From Terrimicrobiaceae bacterium (lineage in GTDB: Bacteria > Verrucomicrobiota > Verrucomicrobiia > Chthoniobacterales > Terrimicrobiaceae), in contig JBGSVZ010000101.1 of assembly GCA_041752695.1 (NCBI GenBank), forward strand, positions 17,856-81,855: DNA of 64,000 nucleotides. The letters are read 5' to 3'. Numbering within the stretch: the first letter of the stretch is position 1; the number at the start of each line of letters is the position of its first letter. The notes under the pieces were generated by a model, which was not told the origin of the DNA, did not search any database, and was given only the letters and a program-made list of their open reading frames with translations. The translations under genes were made by a program, and so were the position numbers. Below are positions 47,868 to 58,076 of this stretch, in pieces.

Positions 47868-48410
47868 TTACGACCGGGACGCTCCGCCGCGGGCTTGAAA
47901 AACGATGCCCACGATGCAGAGCACGAGGGCGGCAATCATCTCCAGGCTGCGGCCGGAAAGCACCATCTGGGCGACCAATGAGCCTCCGGCGAGGGAAGAG
48001 AGGACAATCAGCGCCCAGTCGAAAAGAAGCGAGATGAGCAGCGCGGCGATCAGGGCCCCGATAAGGAAGGCAATGAGATGGTTGGTCTGCCCGACGAATC
48101 CGGCGGCGGTGGCCAGCTGAATGGCAAACATCCCGCCGACGAAACCGGCGGCGATCGCGACGGCGATGCGTTGGATGGCCAGGGCGAGTAAAGCGCAGAC
48201 AATGCCGACCGCCACGGCGAAAAGCAGCGCGACCATCTCCGGTTGTTTGCCGAGCACGGTGGAGCCCCATTGCATGCCGACAATGAACCCGACGGCACCG
48301 ACGAAAAGCCAGAACAGGCGGCGTCCGAAAAGCAGAAGCGCGATTCCCACCAGGAGGGAAACGAGGAAAGCGGGTTGAAGGGACGGGAGAGAAAAAGCCG
48401 CGGCTGTCAT
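47868..48410 (-). CDS. DUF4203-like membrane protein
   Basis: LLFGRRLF..GFIVG, SSLAGG, GIVFQ; all hydrophobic helices. Confidence 0.7.
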   Translation of the reverse strand: MTAAAFSLPSLQPAFLVSLLVGIALLLFGRRLFWLFVGAVGFIVGMQWGSTVLGKQPEMVALLFAVAVGIVCALLALAIQRIAVAIAAGFVGGMFAIQLATAAGFVGQTNHLIAFLIGALIAALLISLLFDWALIVLSSLAGGSLVAQMVLSGRSLEMIAALVLCIVGIVFQARGGASRS

Positions 48411-48655
48411 ACAGTTTCCAAAGCCCTTGGGCAGGCCTTGGCACAATTTTCCCGGGTCGTCAGTGTGGCAAGATAGGCATTGCGCACGGCGACGATGACA
48501 AAAAGCGCCGGCACCGAGAGCGCTGTGATCCAGAGCGGCGAGAGGACCCAGAACCACGGCAGGGCGGCCCCGTCGAAATAATTGAAGGAGGCGAACAACG
48601 CCGTGAGCGCACTCACAAACGTGAGGATGCCGGAGTTGCTCGTGGAGGTGTGCAT
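48407..48655 (-). CDS. Small two-TM protein with a W.WVLSPLWI motif
   Basis: MHTSTSNSGILTFVSALTALF..LPWFWVLSPLWI; its stop overlaps the next start codon. Confidence 0.65.
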   Translation of the reverse strand: MHTSTSNSGILTFVSALTALFASFNYFDGAALPWFWVLSPLWITALSVPALFVIVAVRNAYLATLTTRENCAKACPRALETV

Positions 48656-48770
48656 GCGTTCAGGTCGACCGACCCGGGAGTGTGCCCGCTGCAGAGGCGG
48701 GATCAAGGTTCAAATTCCCCAACGCCTCGCTGCTTGACCCGCCGAACGCGTCCGCGCAGGATTCCCGCCC

Positions 48771-49538
48771 TTGAGCACCAAAACCCTGCCACAACTTTCC
48801 TGGGATCTCGATTTTCTGGCCGCCAATCCCGTCGTGCGGTCGAAACGCTTCGGCATCCCCCCGGAAGCCAAGTCCGTGCGGTATCCGATCCGGCTTTTGC
48901 GGTATTGGTTCGGGTACCACCTTCTTCGCGAAGAAGCGGAGCGCGCGAAACGTCCGCTCGATGTGGCGGAAGTCGGCGTTCACACCGGCCAGATGCTGGA
49001 ATTTTTGCGGTCGGTGCCGGGCGCGCCCACGTTCGGAAAATGGACGGCGGTGGACGCGGTGATGCTCACGGAAAAACTGCGCAAGGCCGGGTACGATGAT
49101 TTTTTTGAAGCCAACCTCGAGGATCCCAAATTTGATCTGCCCGGCGAATACGACGTGGCGGTGTTGCTCCACATCCTCGAACATTTGTTCGAACCCGAGG
49201 AAGCCCTGCGCAAGGTCGCGCGACGCATCCGGCCGGGCGGGGCGCTGATCGGAGGATTCCCCGTCGTGCCTGGTCCGCTTGCACAGATCCGGCAAAACAA
49301 AGTGCGGAAAACCGCCGCGCCCATGGGCCATGTCAGTGTCTTTTCGCCAGCCCGCGTGCGGCGCATGGCGCAGGAATGCGGCATGACCGTCGAGTTCATG
49401 GGAGGCGCGTTTTTTATGCGCAGCAAGGGGAGCCCCCTGGAAAATTCCGCGCTCTGGGCCCGGTTTAATTTGTTCTGGGGGGGAGTGTTCCCGGGATGGC
49501 CGGGCGAGATTTACTGGCTGATGCGGAAGCCGGCCTAG
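48771..49538 (+). CDS. Class I SAM-dependent methyltransferase
   Basis: VAEVGVHTG, YDVAVLLHILEH, IRPGG. Confidence 0.85.
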   Translation: MSTKTLPQLSWDLDFLAANPVVRSKRFGIPPEAKSVRYPIRLLRYWFGYHLLREEAERAKRPLDVAEVGVHTGQMLEFLRSVPGAPTFGKWTAVDAVMLTEKLRKAGYDDFFEANLEDPKFDLPGEYDVAVLLHILEHLFEPEEALRKVARRIRPGGALIGGFPVVPGPLAQIRQNKVRKTAAPMGHVSVFSPARVRRMAQECGMTVEFMGGAFFMRSKGSPLENSALWARFNLFWGGVFPGWPGEIYWLMRKPA

Positions 49539-50905
49539 ATTTTCACGGGCTTGCCCGGCTCGGGGATGATCACCTCGGTGTCGGGCAGTTCCTTATAGAG
49601 CTTGAGCTCGAACCATTCGATGGCGGAGCGGTCGCCGTGGACGAGGACGATTTTTTTCGGACGCAACGCGATGGCGTAGTTGAGCAGGCTTTCGCGGTTG
49701 GCGTGCGCGCTAAAACTAAATTCCTCCACGTGGCAGTTCAGTTTGATCGGCGGCTGTTTGGAGTCGAGGACGATGCTGTCGCCCCGGTTCGCGGCGCGGA
49801 TCCGGCCCGCGGGGGATGCGGGATCCGAATACCCGACAAAAAAGAGACTCTGGTTTTCGTCCGTAAGGATGCGGCGGGCGAAGAGGTTGGAAAGGGTGTT
49901 TTCCGTCATCATGCCGCTGGAGAGCGCGAAGATGCATTTTTTGCGCGGCGGAATGGTGAAAACCTCGTTGCCGGAGAGCACGTAGGGCGCGAGTTCCTGC
50001 AGGAGGTGAAGTTCCGGGTGGGACCGCTGACTGTCGTTGGAAAGGGAGTCGTAGAGATTTGTCAGTTTGGTGCTGAGGCCGCCAATGTAAATCGGCACGG
50101 CGGCGAGAAGCCCGCGCAGGCGCATGCGCCAGAGCATGGCGAGAAGCTCCTGGGTTTTGCCGAGGGCGAAGACGGGGATGGTGACACTGCCGCCGCGTTC
50201 AAAAGCTTCGCGAATGCAGCGCGCCAGCCGTTCCTCCTCCTTGGCCCGGGTGAAACCAGCCGGGGTGGGGGCGTCGCCGCGGGTGGTTTCCATGATCAGA
50301 ACGTCCACGCCGTCCTCAGGGAATTCGGCACCGCGCACCAGTGTCTGATTTTCGAAATTGACGTCGCCGGTGTAGAAAACCGTCTTGCCCTCGCTGCGGA
50401 TCATCACGCCCGCCGCGCCGAGGATGTGGCCGGCCGGGTAAAACTCAAAGGTGGGTTCGGTGTCGTCGCTGGAGCGTTCGCCGGTAAAATCAAATCGCTG
50501 GCGCAGCACGCAGGGTTGCCAGGCCGTGCGGGAAAACTCGACGCCGCGGTGGGTGAAAAGCGGATACGCCTGGATGTTGTGTTCCTCCTTCTGGCGCACC
50601 ATCACATTGACGGAATTATGCAGCATCACGTCGGCCACGCGCGCGGTGGCCTGGGTCATAAAAACGCGGGCCTGTTGTTCCCGCCGGGTGAGAAAAGGCA
50701 GGGAGCCAACATGGTCCTGGTGGGCATGGGTGACGATAATCGCATCCACACTGCCCTCCGGCACGAGGTCGAAGTCCGGGGTCGCGCCGAGACCTTCCCC
50801 TTTCGGATGCAATCCGCTGTCGAGGATGAGGGATTTCCCCCCGGTGCGCAGCAGATAGGAATTTGCACCAATTTCCACCTGCCTTGTGAGATTCACCAAT
50901 TCCAT
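49535..50905 (-). CDS. Metallo-beta-lactamase/beta-CASP ribonuclease
   Basis: THAHQDHVG, AGHILG, YTGD, FSAHA, LVHGD. Confidence 0.9.
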   Translation of the reverse strand: MELVNLTRQVEIGANSYLLRTGGKSLILDSGLHPKGEGLGATPDFDLVPEGSVDAIIVTHAHQDHVGSLPFLTRREQQARVFMTQATARVADVMLHNSVNVMVRQKEEHNIQAYPLFTHRGVEFSRTAWQPCVLRQRFDFTGERSSDDTEPTFEFYPAGHILGAAGVMIRSEGKTVFYTGDVNFENQTLVRGAEFPEDGVDVLIMETTRGDAPTPAGFTRAKEEERLARCIREAFERGGSVTIPVFALGKTQELLAMLWRMRLRGLLAAVPIYIGGLSTKLTNLYDSLSNDSQRSHPELHLLQELAPYVLSGNEVFTIPPRKKCIFALSSGMMTENTLSNLFARRILTDENQSLFFVGYSDPASPAGRIRAANRGDSIVLDSKQPPIKLNCHVEEFSFSAHANRESLLNYAIALRPKKIVLVHGDRSAIEWFELKLYKELPDTEVIIPEPGKPVKI

Positions 50906-50994
50906 GCACCACGCTACGCCGGGAAAGACCCGGCAGGGAACGGAAAAGTCGCACCGGGTGAAACTTCCCGCCGGTGCCGGGGTTTCATTCCGCG

Positions 50995-52428
50995 ATGCTG
51001 AAGCGCCTCTCTCCCGCCCAATGGACCCCTCTCGGTGCAGCCCACCTGCTCAATCGGGCGGGTTTTGGCGGGTCGCCCGCCGACATCGGCGCCCTTTATG
51101 CTCTCGGTGTGACCGCCGCCGTCGAATCCCTGCTCGGGGGCAATGAGGACGAGGACCTTTTCCCGCCGCCCGCCCTGACCGGGCCAAAGGAGCTTTTTGA
51201 GCAAGTACGCCTCGCCCGCACGGGGGACGAAGAACAGAAACGTCAGGCCCAGCAGATCGCCCGCCGCCAGCAAGCCGAAGAGGTGCGCGCGGCCCGCGCC
51301 TGGTGGCTGGACCGCATGCGGTACACGCTTTTCCCGCTGCGCGAGAAAATGACCCTCTTCTGGCATGGCCATTTTGCCACGGGAGTGGAAAAAGTCCGAG
51401 CGGCCAACCTCATCTGGCAGCAGAACGAAACCCTTCGCGCCAATGCACTGGGAAGCTTTCGTTCCCTCGCCAAGGAAATTTCCCGCGACCCCGCCATGAT
51501 GCGCTACCTCGACCTCATCCAGAGTGACAAGGCGAAGCCGAACGAAAATTTTGCCCGGGAATTGATGGAGCTCTTTACCCTCGGCGAAGGCGTCCGCTAC
51601 ACGGAGGCCGACATCCGCGAATCCGCGCGGGCCTTCACGGGCTATCGCATCGATCCGCCGCGGGGGGCCTTTGTTTTTCAGAAACGTCAGTTCGATTCCT
51701 CGGAAAAAACCTTCCTGGGCCGCACCGGTCCGTTCGACGGCGATGCGGTGATCGACATCATTCTCGAACAGCCCGAATGCTCCTCCTATATCGCGAAAAA
51801 GATTTGGAGGTTCCTTGCCTCGGACGACCCGTCACCCGCCGTGGTGCAGAATCTCGCCGCCCAATTTCGCGCATCCAACTACGACATCCGCGGCCTGCTG
51901 CGGGAGATTTTTCTCAGCGAGGAATTCTACGCGCCGAAGGTGGTGCGTTCGCAGGTGAAAAGCCCGGTGCAATGGATCGTGCAGACCGCCAAGGTGCTGG
52001 AGGCGCCCCTGCCTTCGCAACCAGCCATGGAGGCTTCGCTGAGTCAATTAGGCCAGGTCTTATTCGCCCCGCCCAACGTGAAAGGCTGGGAGGGCGGCCA
52101 CGCCTGGATCAGCAGCTCGACCCTGCTATTCCGTTATAATCTTGCGGGCTACATTGTGAGTGGCAAGGCCCCGGCTCTGGAAGGATTTCGCAAGGGGGCG
52201 GGATCGGTCCAAATCCCCTTGGAAAAAATCGCGCCCCCCGAACTTCGGGCCGACCCGGAGAAGCTCTGCGATGCCGTCTCCCAGCGTCTCCTCAATACCC
52301 GACTGGAAGGCGAGGAGCGAAAACGGTTTGTCACTTTCCTGCGCGAACGCGGCGCCAAGATCGACGATCCCGGCCTGCGCGATTTTCTCCACCTGATGAT
52401 GAGCACCCCAGACTACCAACTCACATGA
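50995..52428 (+). CDS. DUF1800 family protein
   Basis: HLLNRAGFG, LREKMTLFWHGHF, PNENFARELMELFTLG, PPNVKGW. Confidence 0.92.
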   Translation: MLKRLSPAQWTPLGAAHLLNRAGFGGSPADIGALYALGVTAAVESLLGGNEDEDLFPPPALTGPKELFEQVRLARTGDEEQKRQAQQIARRQQAEEVRAARAWWLDRMRYTLFPLREKMTLFWHGHFATGVEKVRAANLIWQQNETLRANALGSFRSLAKEISRDPAMMRYLDLIQSDKAKPNENFARELMELFTLGEGVRYTEADIRESARAFTGYRIDPPRGAFVFQKRQFDSSEKTFLGRTGPFDGDAVIDIILEQPECSSYIAKKIWRFLASDDPSPAVVQNLAAQFRASNYDIRGLLREIFLSEEFYAPKVVRSQVKSPVQWIVQTAKVLEAPLPSQPAMEASLSQLGQVLFAPPNVKGWEGGHAWISSSTLLFRYNLAGYIVSGKAPALEGFRKGAGSVQIPLEKIAPPELRADPEKLCDAVSQRLLNTRLEGEERKRFVTFLRERGAKIDDPGLRDFLHLMMSTPDYQLT

Positions 52429-53741
52429 ACGAAAGCACCCTTCACACCCGCCGCAAATTCATCCGCACCGGAGTCCTTGGCGGCGCCGTGGCCTGGACCC
52501 TTCCGGTCTTTCTGGAAAAAACCTTCTTCGCCCTCGACGCCGCCGCGGCCGACGCGGCCTTGCAAACCGTCACCGGCAAGGACGGCCCCATCCTTGTCGT
52601 GCTGCAACTTGCGGGCGGAAATGACGGACTGAATACCGTCGTGCCCTTTGCCGACGACGCCTATTATTCCGCGCGCCCCAAAATCGGGATCGCGGCCGAC
52701 CGGACGCTGAAACTCAACGACCACATCGGCCTCAATCCGAAGCTGGCCGGTTTGCGCGGACTCTACGATTCCGGCGACCTGGCGGTGATCCAGGGCGTGG
52801 GCTATCCGAATCCCAACCGTTCGCACTTCCGCTCCACCGATATCTGGCAGACCGCGACCGATGCCGACAAATTCGACCGCCACGGCTGGCTGGGCCGCTA
52901 TTTTGATTCTTGCTGTCAAGGCGAGGACCCCGCCGTCGGCGTGAGCGTGGGACGCGAGTCACCGCTGGCCTTCAGCGCGAAAAATCCGAAAGGCATCACC
53001 CTTTCCCGGCCCGAGCAGTTTCGTTTTATCTCCGAGAGCGCCAGCGATCCCTCTGCGACCGAGGACATGTTCCGCGACATGAATGCGATGGAATCCCCCG
53101 CCGAGGAAGACGCCGGAGGATCGGTGCAAAGTCTTGGCGCCGCCGGAGCGATGGTCGGAGGCAACACCATGGACTACCTGCGCCGCACCGCACTCGATGC
53201 CCAGGTGAGCTCCGACAAAATTCTCGAGATCACCCGCAAGTTCCGCGCTCCGGTCAGTTACCCCAACGGCCAACTGGCCAGCGGACTTAGTCTGGTGGCC
53301 CGTCTGATTGCCGGAGGCATGCCCACCCGCGTTTATTATGTCAGCCAGGGCGGCTACGACACCCACAGCGGCCAGGCGGGAGCGCACGACCGGCTGATGG
53401 GCGACCTCGATGCCTCGATCGGAGCCTTTGTCGCCGACCTCAAGGCGCAGGGCAATTTCGACCGCGTCATGCTCATGACCTTCAGCGAATTCGGCCGCCG
53501 CGTGAAGGAAAACAACAGCGGGGGAACCGACCACGGCGCGGCCGCGCCCATGTTTGTCCTCGGTGGCGGGGTGAAACCCGGAATTTACGGAAAACAACCC
53601 AGCCTCACCGCACTCTCAGATGGCGACCTGGTTTACAATGTCGATTTCCGCAGTGTCTATGCGACCGTGCTGGAGAATTGGCTGCGCGCTCCGAGTGAAA
53701 CGGTGTTGAAGCGAAAGTTCCCGACGATGGGGTTTGTGTAA
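52425..53741 (+). CDS. DUF1501 family Tat-exported protein
   Basis: TRRKFI Tat motif, LAGGNDGLN, NRSHF, GGYDTH, SEFGRR, GTDHG. Confidence 0.92.
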   Translation: MNESTLHTRRKFIRTGVLGGAVAWTLPVFLEKTFFALDAAAADAALQTVTGKDGPILVVLQLAGGNDGLNTVVPFADDAYYSARPKIGIAADRTLKLNDHIGLNPKLAGLRGLYDSGDLAVIQGVGYPNPNRSHFRSTDIWQTATDADKFDRHGWLGRYFDSCCQGEDPAVGVSVGRESPLAFSAKNPKGITLSRPEQFRFISESASDPSATEDMFRDMNAMESPAEEDAGGSVQSLGAAGAMVGGNTMDYLRRTALDAQVSSDKILEITRKFRAPVSYPNGQLASGLSLVARLIAGGMPTRVYYVSQGGYDTHSGQAGAHDRLMGDLDASIGAFVADLKAQGNFDRVMLMTFSEFGRRVKENNSGGTDHGAAAPMFVLGGGVKPGIYGKQPSLTALSDGDLVYNVDFRSVYATVLENWLRAPSETVLKRKFPTMGFV

Positions 53742-53830
53742 ACAGAGTGGGATTTCGGTCCGCTCCGCTGGCAGAAAACCGGGCGCATTTTTTCTGGGCT
53801 TTTGTCCGCGGGTTGAAGGATGCTTCCCCC

Positions 53831-54559
53831 ATGTCACGCACCCGAGAGCCGGAGAAAGACAGTTTTTACCTCGGACTGAAGGTGCTGGAGTATTTGGTGG
53901 CGGGCCGCTCTTCCCGTGGAGTCTCCCAAGTCGCCAGTGCTTTGGGCTCCCCGGTGTCGAGCACCCACGATATTCTCAAGCTTCTTGTGCACCTGGGTTT
54001 TGTATCCCAGCAGGAAGATACCCACCGCTACGAAGTGACGACCGGGATGTTCCGCTTGATCAATCGTTTTGCGACGGAGTTTGGTATCATTCCCCATGTC
54101 CGGGACCGGATCCGAGAGTTTACTGAAGAGCAGCAATGCACGCTTTATGTCTGTTGCTGGTGGCAGGGAGAGACTCATGTGGTTTACGCGCAGGGGCCTT
54201 TGGCGAGCACGTCCTCGCTGGGCGGCCACCACCCGGCCCATCTGTCCGCCGGGGGCAAATGCCTCCTGTCCCGGCGCGACCCCGCCACCTGGCCAGACTA
54301 TGCGCCAGCCAGCAGTCAGGAAACATTCCTAGATGAACTGGCCACCGCGCGTACTGACGGCGTGGCCTGGAACATCCGGCAATCCGATCCCAATGTCTGC
54401 TCGATTTCCGTCGCCCTTGGAGAACGGGGTGATCTCGAGGAATATGCGCTGGCCATGGTTCTGACCCCCGACGACTTCGAGAAACACGACCGTTCGCACT
54501 TTTTGGAAAACCTCCGTCAGATCCGGGATGAACTCGTACGGAACATCCCTCCGCTCTAA
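53831..54559 (+). CDS. IclR family transcriptional regulator
   Basis: N-terminal HTH (GLKVLEYL..SSTHDILKLL..GFV) and PAHLSAGGKCLL. Confidence 0.85.
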   Translation: MSRTREPEKDSFYLGLKVLEYLVAGRSSRGVSQVASALGSPVSSTHDILKLLVHLGFVSQQEDTHRYEVTTGMFRLINRFATEFGIIPHVRDRIREFTEEQQCTLYVCCWWQGETHVVYAQGPLASTSSLGGHHPAHLSAGGKCLLSRRDPATWPDYAPASSQETFLDELATARTDGVAWNIRQSDPNVCSISVALGERGDLEEYALAMVLTPDDFEKHDRSHFLENLRQIRDELVRNIPPL

Positions 54560-54587
54560 GGCGGTCCGGCCCTGACCGACAGGCTGT

Positions 54588-54603
54588 TTTCGCAGTTGCG
54601 AAA
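54588..54603. promoter_or_regulatory. Candidate operator palindrome TTTCGCAGTTGCGAAA
   Basis: Inverted repeat with 7-bp arms between the IclR gene and the PEP-CTERM gene. Confidence 0.45.
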
Positions 54604-54720
54604 GAATGCGATCCGGGAGGTGTTCTTGTCCGTGAATCGTGGCTCCGGTGCCCTTATGGTCGTCTTCACGCACCTCGGGATCGTCGTATTCGGCGGCTCC
54701 TACGGGGCGGGAAAAAGCTT

Positions 54721-55605
54721 ATGAAAACGACCCTCAAAAACACCTTGGCCTGCACCCTTCTGGGTGTGGGATTTCTCACCTCAGCCACGCATTCTCAGGC
54801 TGTTCTGCTCGCTTATGATGGCTTCGATTATGCCGCAGGCAATGTCAATGGCGAGAATGGCGGCACGGGCTGGGATTCCGCCTGGACCTCGTCGGCCAGC
54901 CCTGTCTATGGCAATGTGGTGACAGGAACCACTCTTGGGTACACTGGTGGTTCCATTAGTCTCAGCGGGTCGGGCACAGCCCTCAGCATCACGGGAGGTG
55001 GAGCGGGCTTGCTCAACCGGGATTTCGTCGGAACCGCCACGGGCGGCGAAATCTATTTCAGCCTTCTCTTTCAGGCCGTTTCTGGAAGCGGAAATGAGTT
55101 CTCCCATTTCTATTTGAGCAACGACCCTGATCAATTTAACTCGGGGGGCGTAGGGGATTTCTCAACCTCAGCTGGTAACTCCGACTTCGGGGCGAGGGTA
55201 AACAATGGCGCGACGGATACTACGGTTGCCTCCTCGGTTTCCTACACCACAGGAACCACATACCTCCTGGTGGGGCGTCTGTCCACGGACGGCACCGGTG
55301 GGGCTTCCGCGGATATTATAGATCAGGTTGAGCTTTGGGTGAATCCCACCTCCCTTACTCCCGGAACGGCAAACGCCACGGTGAATGCAACCACGGGATT
55401 GCCGTTGGGTGATCTTGTCAATTTCAGCACCCGCACGGTCAACTTTGCCAGTCCGGACGAAATCCTCATCGACGAATTGCGCATCGGTACCGACTTTGCC
55501 TCCGTGGTCACAGTGCCCGAACCCACCACCGGACTGCTGATGATCCTCGGCGGGACGTCTCTTTTTGCCTTGCGCCGCAGATTGGCCGACCGCGCGGTTT
55601 GGTAG
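54721..55605 (+). CDS. PEP-CTERM sorting domain protein
   Basis: Signal peptide, YDGFDY, IDELRIG, then VPEP followed by a TM and RRR. Confidence 0.93.
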   Translation: MKTTLKNTLACTLLGVGFLTSATHSQAVLLAYDGFDYAAGNVNGENGGTGWDSAWTSSASPVYGNVVTGTTLGYTGGSISLSGSGTALSITGGGAGLLNRDFVGTATGGEIYFSLLFQAVSGSGNEFSHFYLSNDPDQFNSGGVGDFSTSAGNSDFGARVNNGATDTTVASSVSYTTGTTYLLVGRLSTDGTGGASADIIDQVELWVNPTSLTPGTANATVNATTGLPLGDLVNFSTRTVNFASPDEILIDELRIGTDFASVVTVPEPTTGLLMILGGTSLFALRRRLADRAVW

Positions 55606-55614
55606 AGGATTTCC

Positions 55615-56931
55615 ATGCCGCTCGAGTCCTATGATGTGGTTGTCGCCGGGGCGGGGGTCGGCGGCGTCTGTGCGGCCGTGGCCGCTGCTCGGGGCGGGAG
55701 CCGGGTTGCGCTGTTGGAAGGCACTTCGGAAATTGGCGGAACGGGAGTCCATTCTCCGGTCGGCCTGGTTTGCACCTGGTTCGACGCCACCGGGCGTCCC
55801 ATCAACAAGGGCCTCTACGCGGAAATTCTTCCCTACCTTTATGCTCCGGACGGCCATCCGCGCGAGGACATCCATACGTATCGGGAGGAGGAATTAAAGG
55901 CCGCCTATCTGCGCCTCTTAGGAGCGGAATCCAGCCTTTCGGTTTTCACCGGCTGCGCGGTGGCCGATGCCAAGGTCGAGGAGGGAAGGATATCGTCTGT
56001 TCGCGCGTCGGATGGCCGGGAGTTTTTTGCGCCCATTTTCGTGGATAGCACCGCCGACGGCAATCTCTCCGCGGCGGCGGGAGCATCGTTCCAGAAGGGC
56101 CGCGAGCAGGACGGACAACTCCAGCCCGGCACCCTGACTTTTCGGGTGGAGGGGGTCGATTTTCGGGCTTTCGGCCTGGATCCTTCCCAACCGCATTGGG
56201 CGCGCTGGGACAATTTTCACGTTTTCAGCGATTCCCTGCTGCCGCTATACCGCAAGGTGAAGGACGCGGGGCTCACCTCGAATCCGAAAACGAGCATCCT
56301 CTGTTTTCCGGACCGCGAGGGAACCAGCCTGCTTTTCAACCAAACCCACATTACCGGTGTCGATCCCACCGATCCGGCTTCGCTGCAAAAGGCCATGGAG
56401 GAGGGACGCAAGCAAGTCGGCGAATTCTGGGAGGCGATCCGGGGGCACTCGGCTTTTAACCCCAACACAAAAATCACCGTCTTCGAAAAGATGGGCGTGC
56501 GGGAAGGCCGGCGGATCTTGGGCGACTATATTCTTACAGTGGACGATTGCCTCGGGGAGGCCCGCTTCGAGGACATGGTGGCCGCGTGTGGGTACGCCGT
56601 TGATATTCACGACCCCTCCGGCGGTGGCGGTGCACGCCTGGAGTGGATTCCCGGTTCCGGCTACTACCACATTCCGTTCCGCTGTTTGTATGCGAGGGAT
56701 TTCTCCAATCTCCTGCTGGGCTCACGATGTATCAGCGGCACCCACGAAGCGCATTCCAGCTATCGGGTGATGCCGCCCATCAGCGCGATTGGCCAGGCCG
56801 CCGGCACCGCCGCCGCCCTCATGGCGCGACTGAGAAAGACCGATGTCCGTCAGATTTCCTCCTCGTGGATTCGGAATGAACTGAAAAATGCGGGTCAGTT
56901 CGTCGAAGGCGATTGCGTCCCGGCCCCGTAG
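55615..56931 (+). CDS. FAD-dependent oxidoreductase (FAD_oxidored family)
   Basis: VVVAGAGVGG, VDSTADG, GVREGRRI, YHIPFRCL, SYRVM, GQAAG. Confidence 0.9.
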   Translation: MPLESYDVVVAGAGVGGVCAAVAAARGGSRVALLEGTSEIGGTGVHSPVGLVCTWFDATGRPINKGLYAEILPYLYAPDGHPREDIHTYREEELKAAYLRLLGAESSLSVFTGCAVADAKVEEGRISSVRASDGREFFAPIFVDSTADGNLSAAAGASFQKGREQDGQLQPGTLTFRVEGVDFRAFGLDPSQPHWARWDNFHVFSDSLLPLYRKVKDAGLTSNPKTSILCFPDREGTSLLFNQTHITGVDPTDPASLQKAMEEGRKQVGEFWEAIRGHSAFNPNTKITVFEKMGVREGRRILGDYILTVDDCLGEARFEDMVAACGYAVDIHDPSGGGGARLEWIPGSGYYHIPFRCLYARDFSNLLLGSRCISGTHEAHSSYRVMPPISAIGQAAGTAAALMARLRKTDVRQISSSWIRNELKNAGQFVEGDCVPAP

Positions 56932-56994
56932 CCCCGGAGAAATCCTGTCCGCCGCTTGCAGTGAGGGTGGTTGTTTGGTAGATCCACTGCGTTT

Positions 56995-57312
56995 ATGCCC
57001 ACTTACGAATACGAATGCCCCAAATGCCGGAAGACTTTTGAGGTCTTTCAGTCCATGAAGGACGAGCCCCTCAAGACCTGCCCCAACAAAAAATGCAAAG
57101 GCAAGGTGAAACGGCTTATCGGGACGGGTGCGGGATTGATTTTCAAAGGCAGCGGATTTTACATCACCGACTATCGCAGTGAGGGGTATAAACAAGCGGC
57201 GAAAAAGGATTCGAGCGCTCCGCCCGCCCCGGCTTCCACAGGTGGGGATTCCAAAAAACCTGCGGAAAAGCCAAAGTCCAACGGTTCCTCCAAGTCGGGC
57301 TCGAAGTCATGA
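56995..57312 (+). CDS. FmdB family zinc-ribbon protein
   Basis: MPTYEYECPKC..CPNKKC..FKGSGFYITDY. Confidence 0.92.
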   Translation: MPTYEYECPKCRKTFEVFQSMKDEPLKTCPNKKCKGKVKRLIGTGAGLIFKGSGFYITDYRSEGYKQAAKKDSSAPPAPASTGGDSKKPAEKPKSNGSSKSGSKS

Positions 57313-58076
57313 GCGGAACCAAATGCGGACAGTGCGGGCATGACAACGACCCAACGCGGGTTTTTTGTCAGAATTGTGGCACCCGCCTGGACCGTGAGGA
57401 AGCGGCTCCCACTTCGCCAACCACAACGCCCGTGCCGGTCAAGCGGACGTCAAAGCGCCAGGGGCCTTCGCTGGTGGCGATGCTGCTGCAGTTTCTGAAG
57501 GGCCTGATTTCCCTGGCCTTCCTTGGGGCGGTGATTGCCCTGTTCATTCAACTGGGCCGCCACCCGGATGGACTGCCCGAGCCCGTTCAGGTGAATGACG
57601 CCCAGGCGGCTGACGTTTTTAACGCGGTAAAAACCTTTGCCACCAGCACCTTCCGCCGCACGCTCGATCTCAAGCAGGAACAAGTGAACAATTACCTCGC
57701 GTCCCGGGTGGCCAGCGCCTCGGCCGACGAGGGAGGGGTGACCGCCGGGGCCCAATTTGGGCGCGCGTTTGTTGTCTGCCAGGACGGAAAATTCCAGTTC
57801 TTCGTGGAGCGAAAGTACGTGGGCCTTTCGTTTTATTTTTACGTGGACTGCGAACCGCTGGCAGGTCCCGAGGGAGCCACGGCCTTTGTCAAGGGTGGGG
57901 GAATCGGCCGCGTGAGGCTGCCCGCCCAGCTTCTCGGGCCCGTGCAGGCCCGCGTAATTGATCCCGTGGTCGAGGCCCTGGCCGAGCCGTTGGAAATTTT
58001 GCGACAGGCGAATCAGGTGGCCATCGAGCCTGGTGTGGTCCGGCTGGGTTGGTCGGGTAAGCCAGTGCGCCGTTGA
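57309..58076 (+). CDS. Zinc-ribbon membrane protein
   Basis: CGQCGHDN..FCQNCG followed by a TM helix and a soluble domain. Confidence 0.8.
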   Translation: MSGTKCGQCGHDNDPTRVFCQNCGTRLDREEAAPTSPTTTPVPVKRTSKRQGPSLVAMLLQFLKGLISLAFLGAVIALFIQLGRHPDGLPEPVQVNDAQAADVFNAVKTFATSTFRRTLDLKQEQVNNYLASRVASASADEGGVTAGAQFGRAFVVCQDGKFQFFVERKYVGLSFYFYVDCEPLAGPEGATAFVKGGGIGRVRLPAQLLGPVQARVIDPVVEALAEPLEILRQANQVAIEPGVVRLGWSGKPVRR

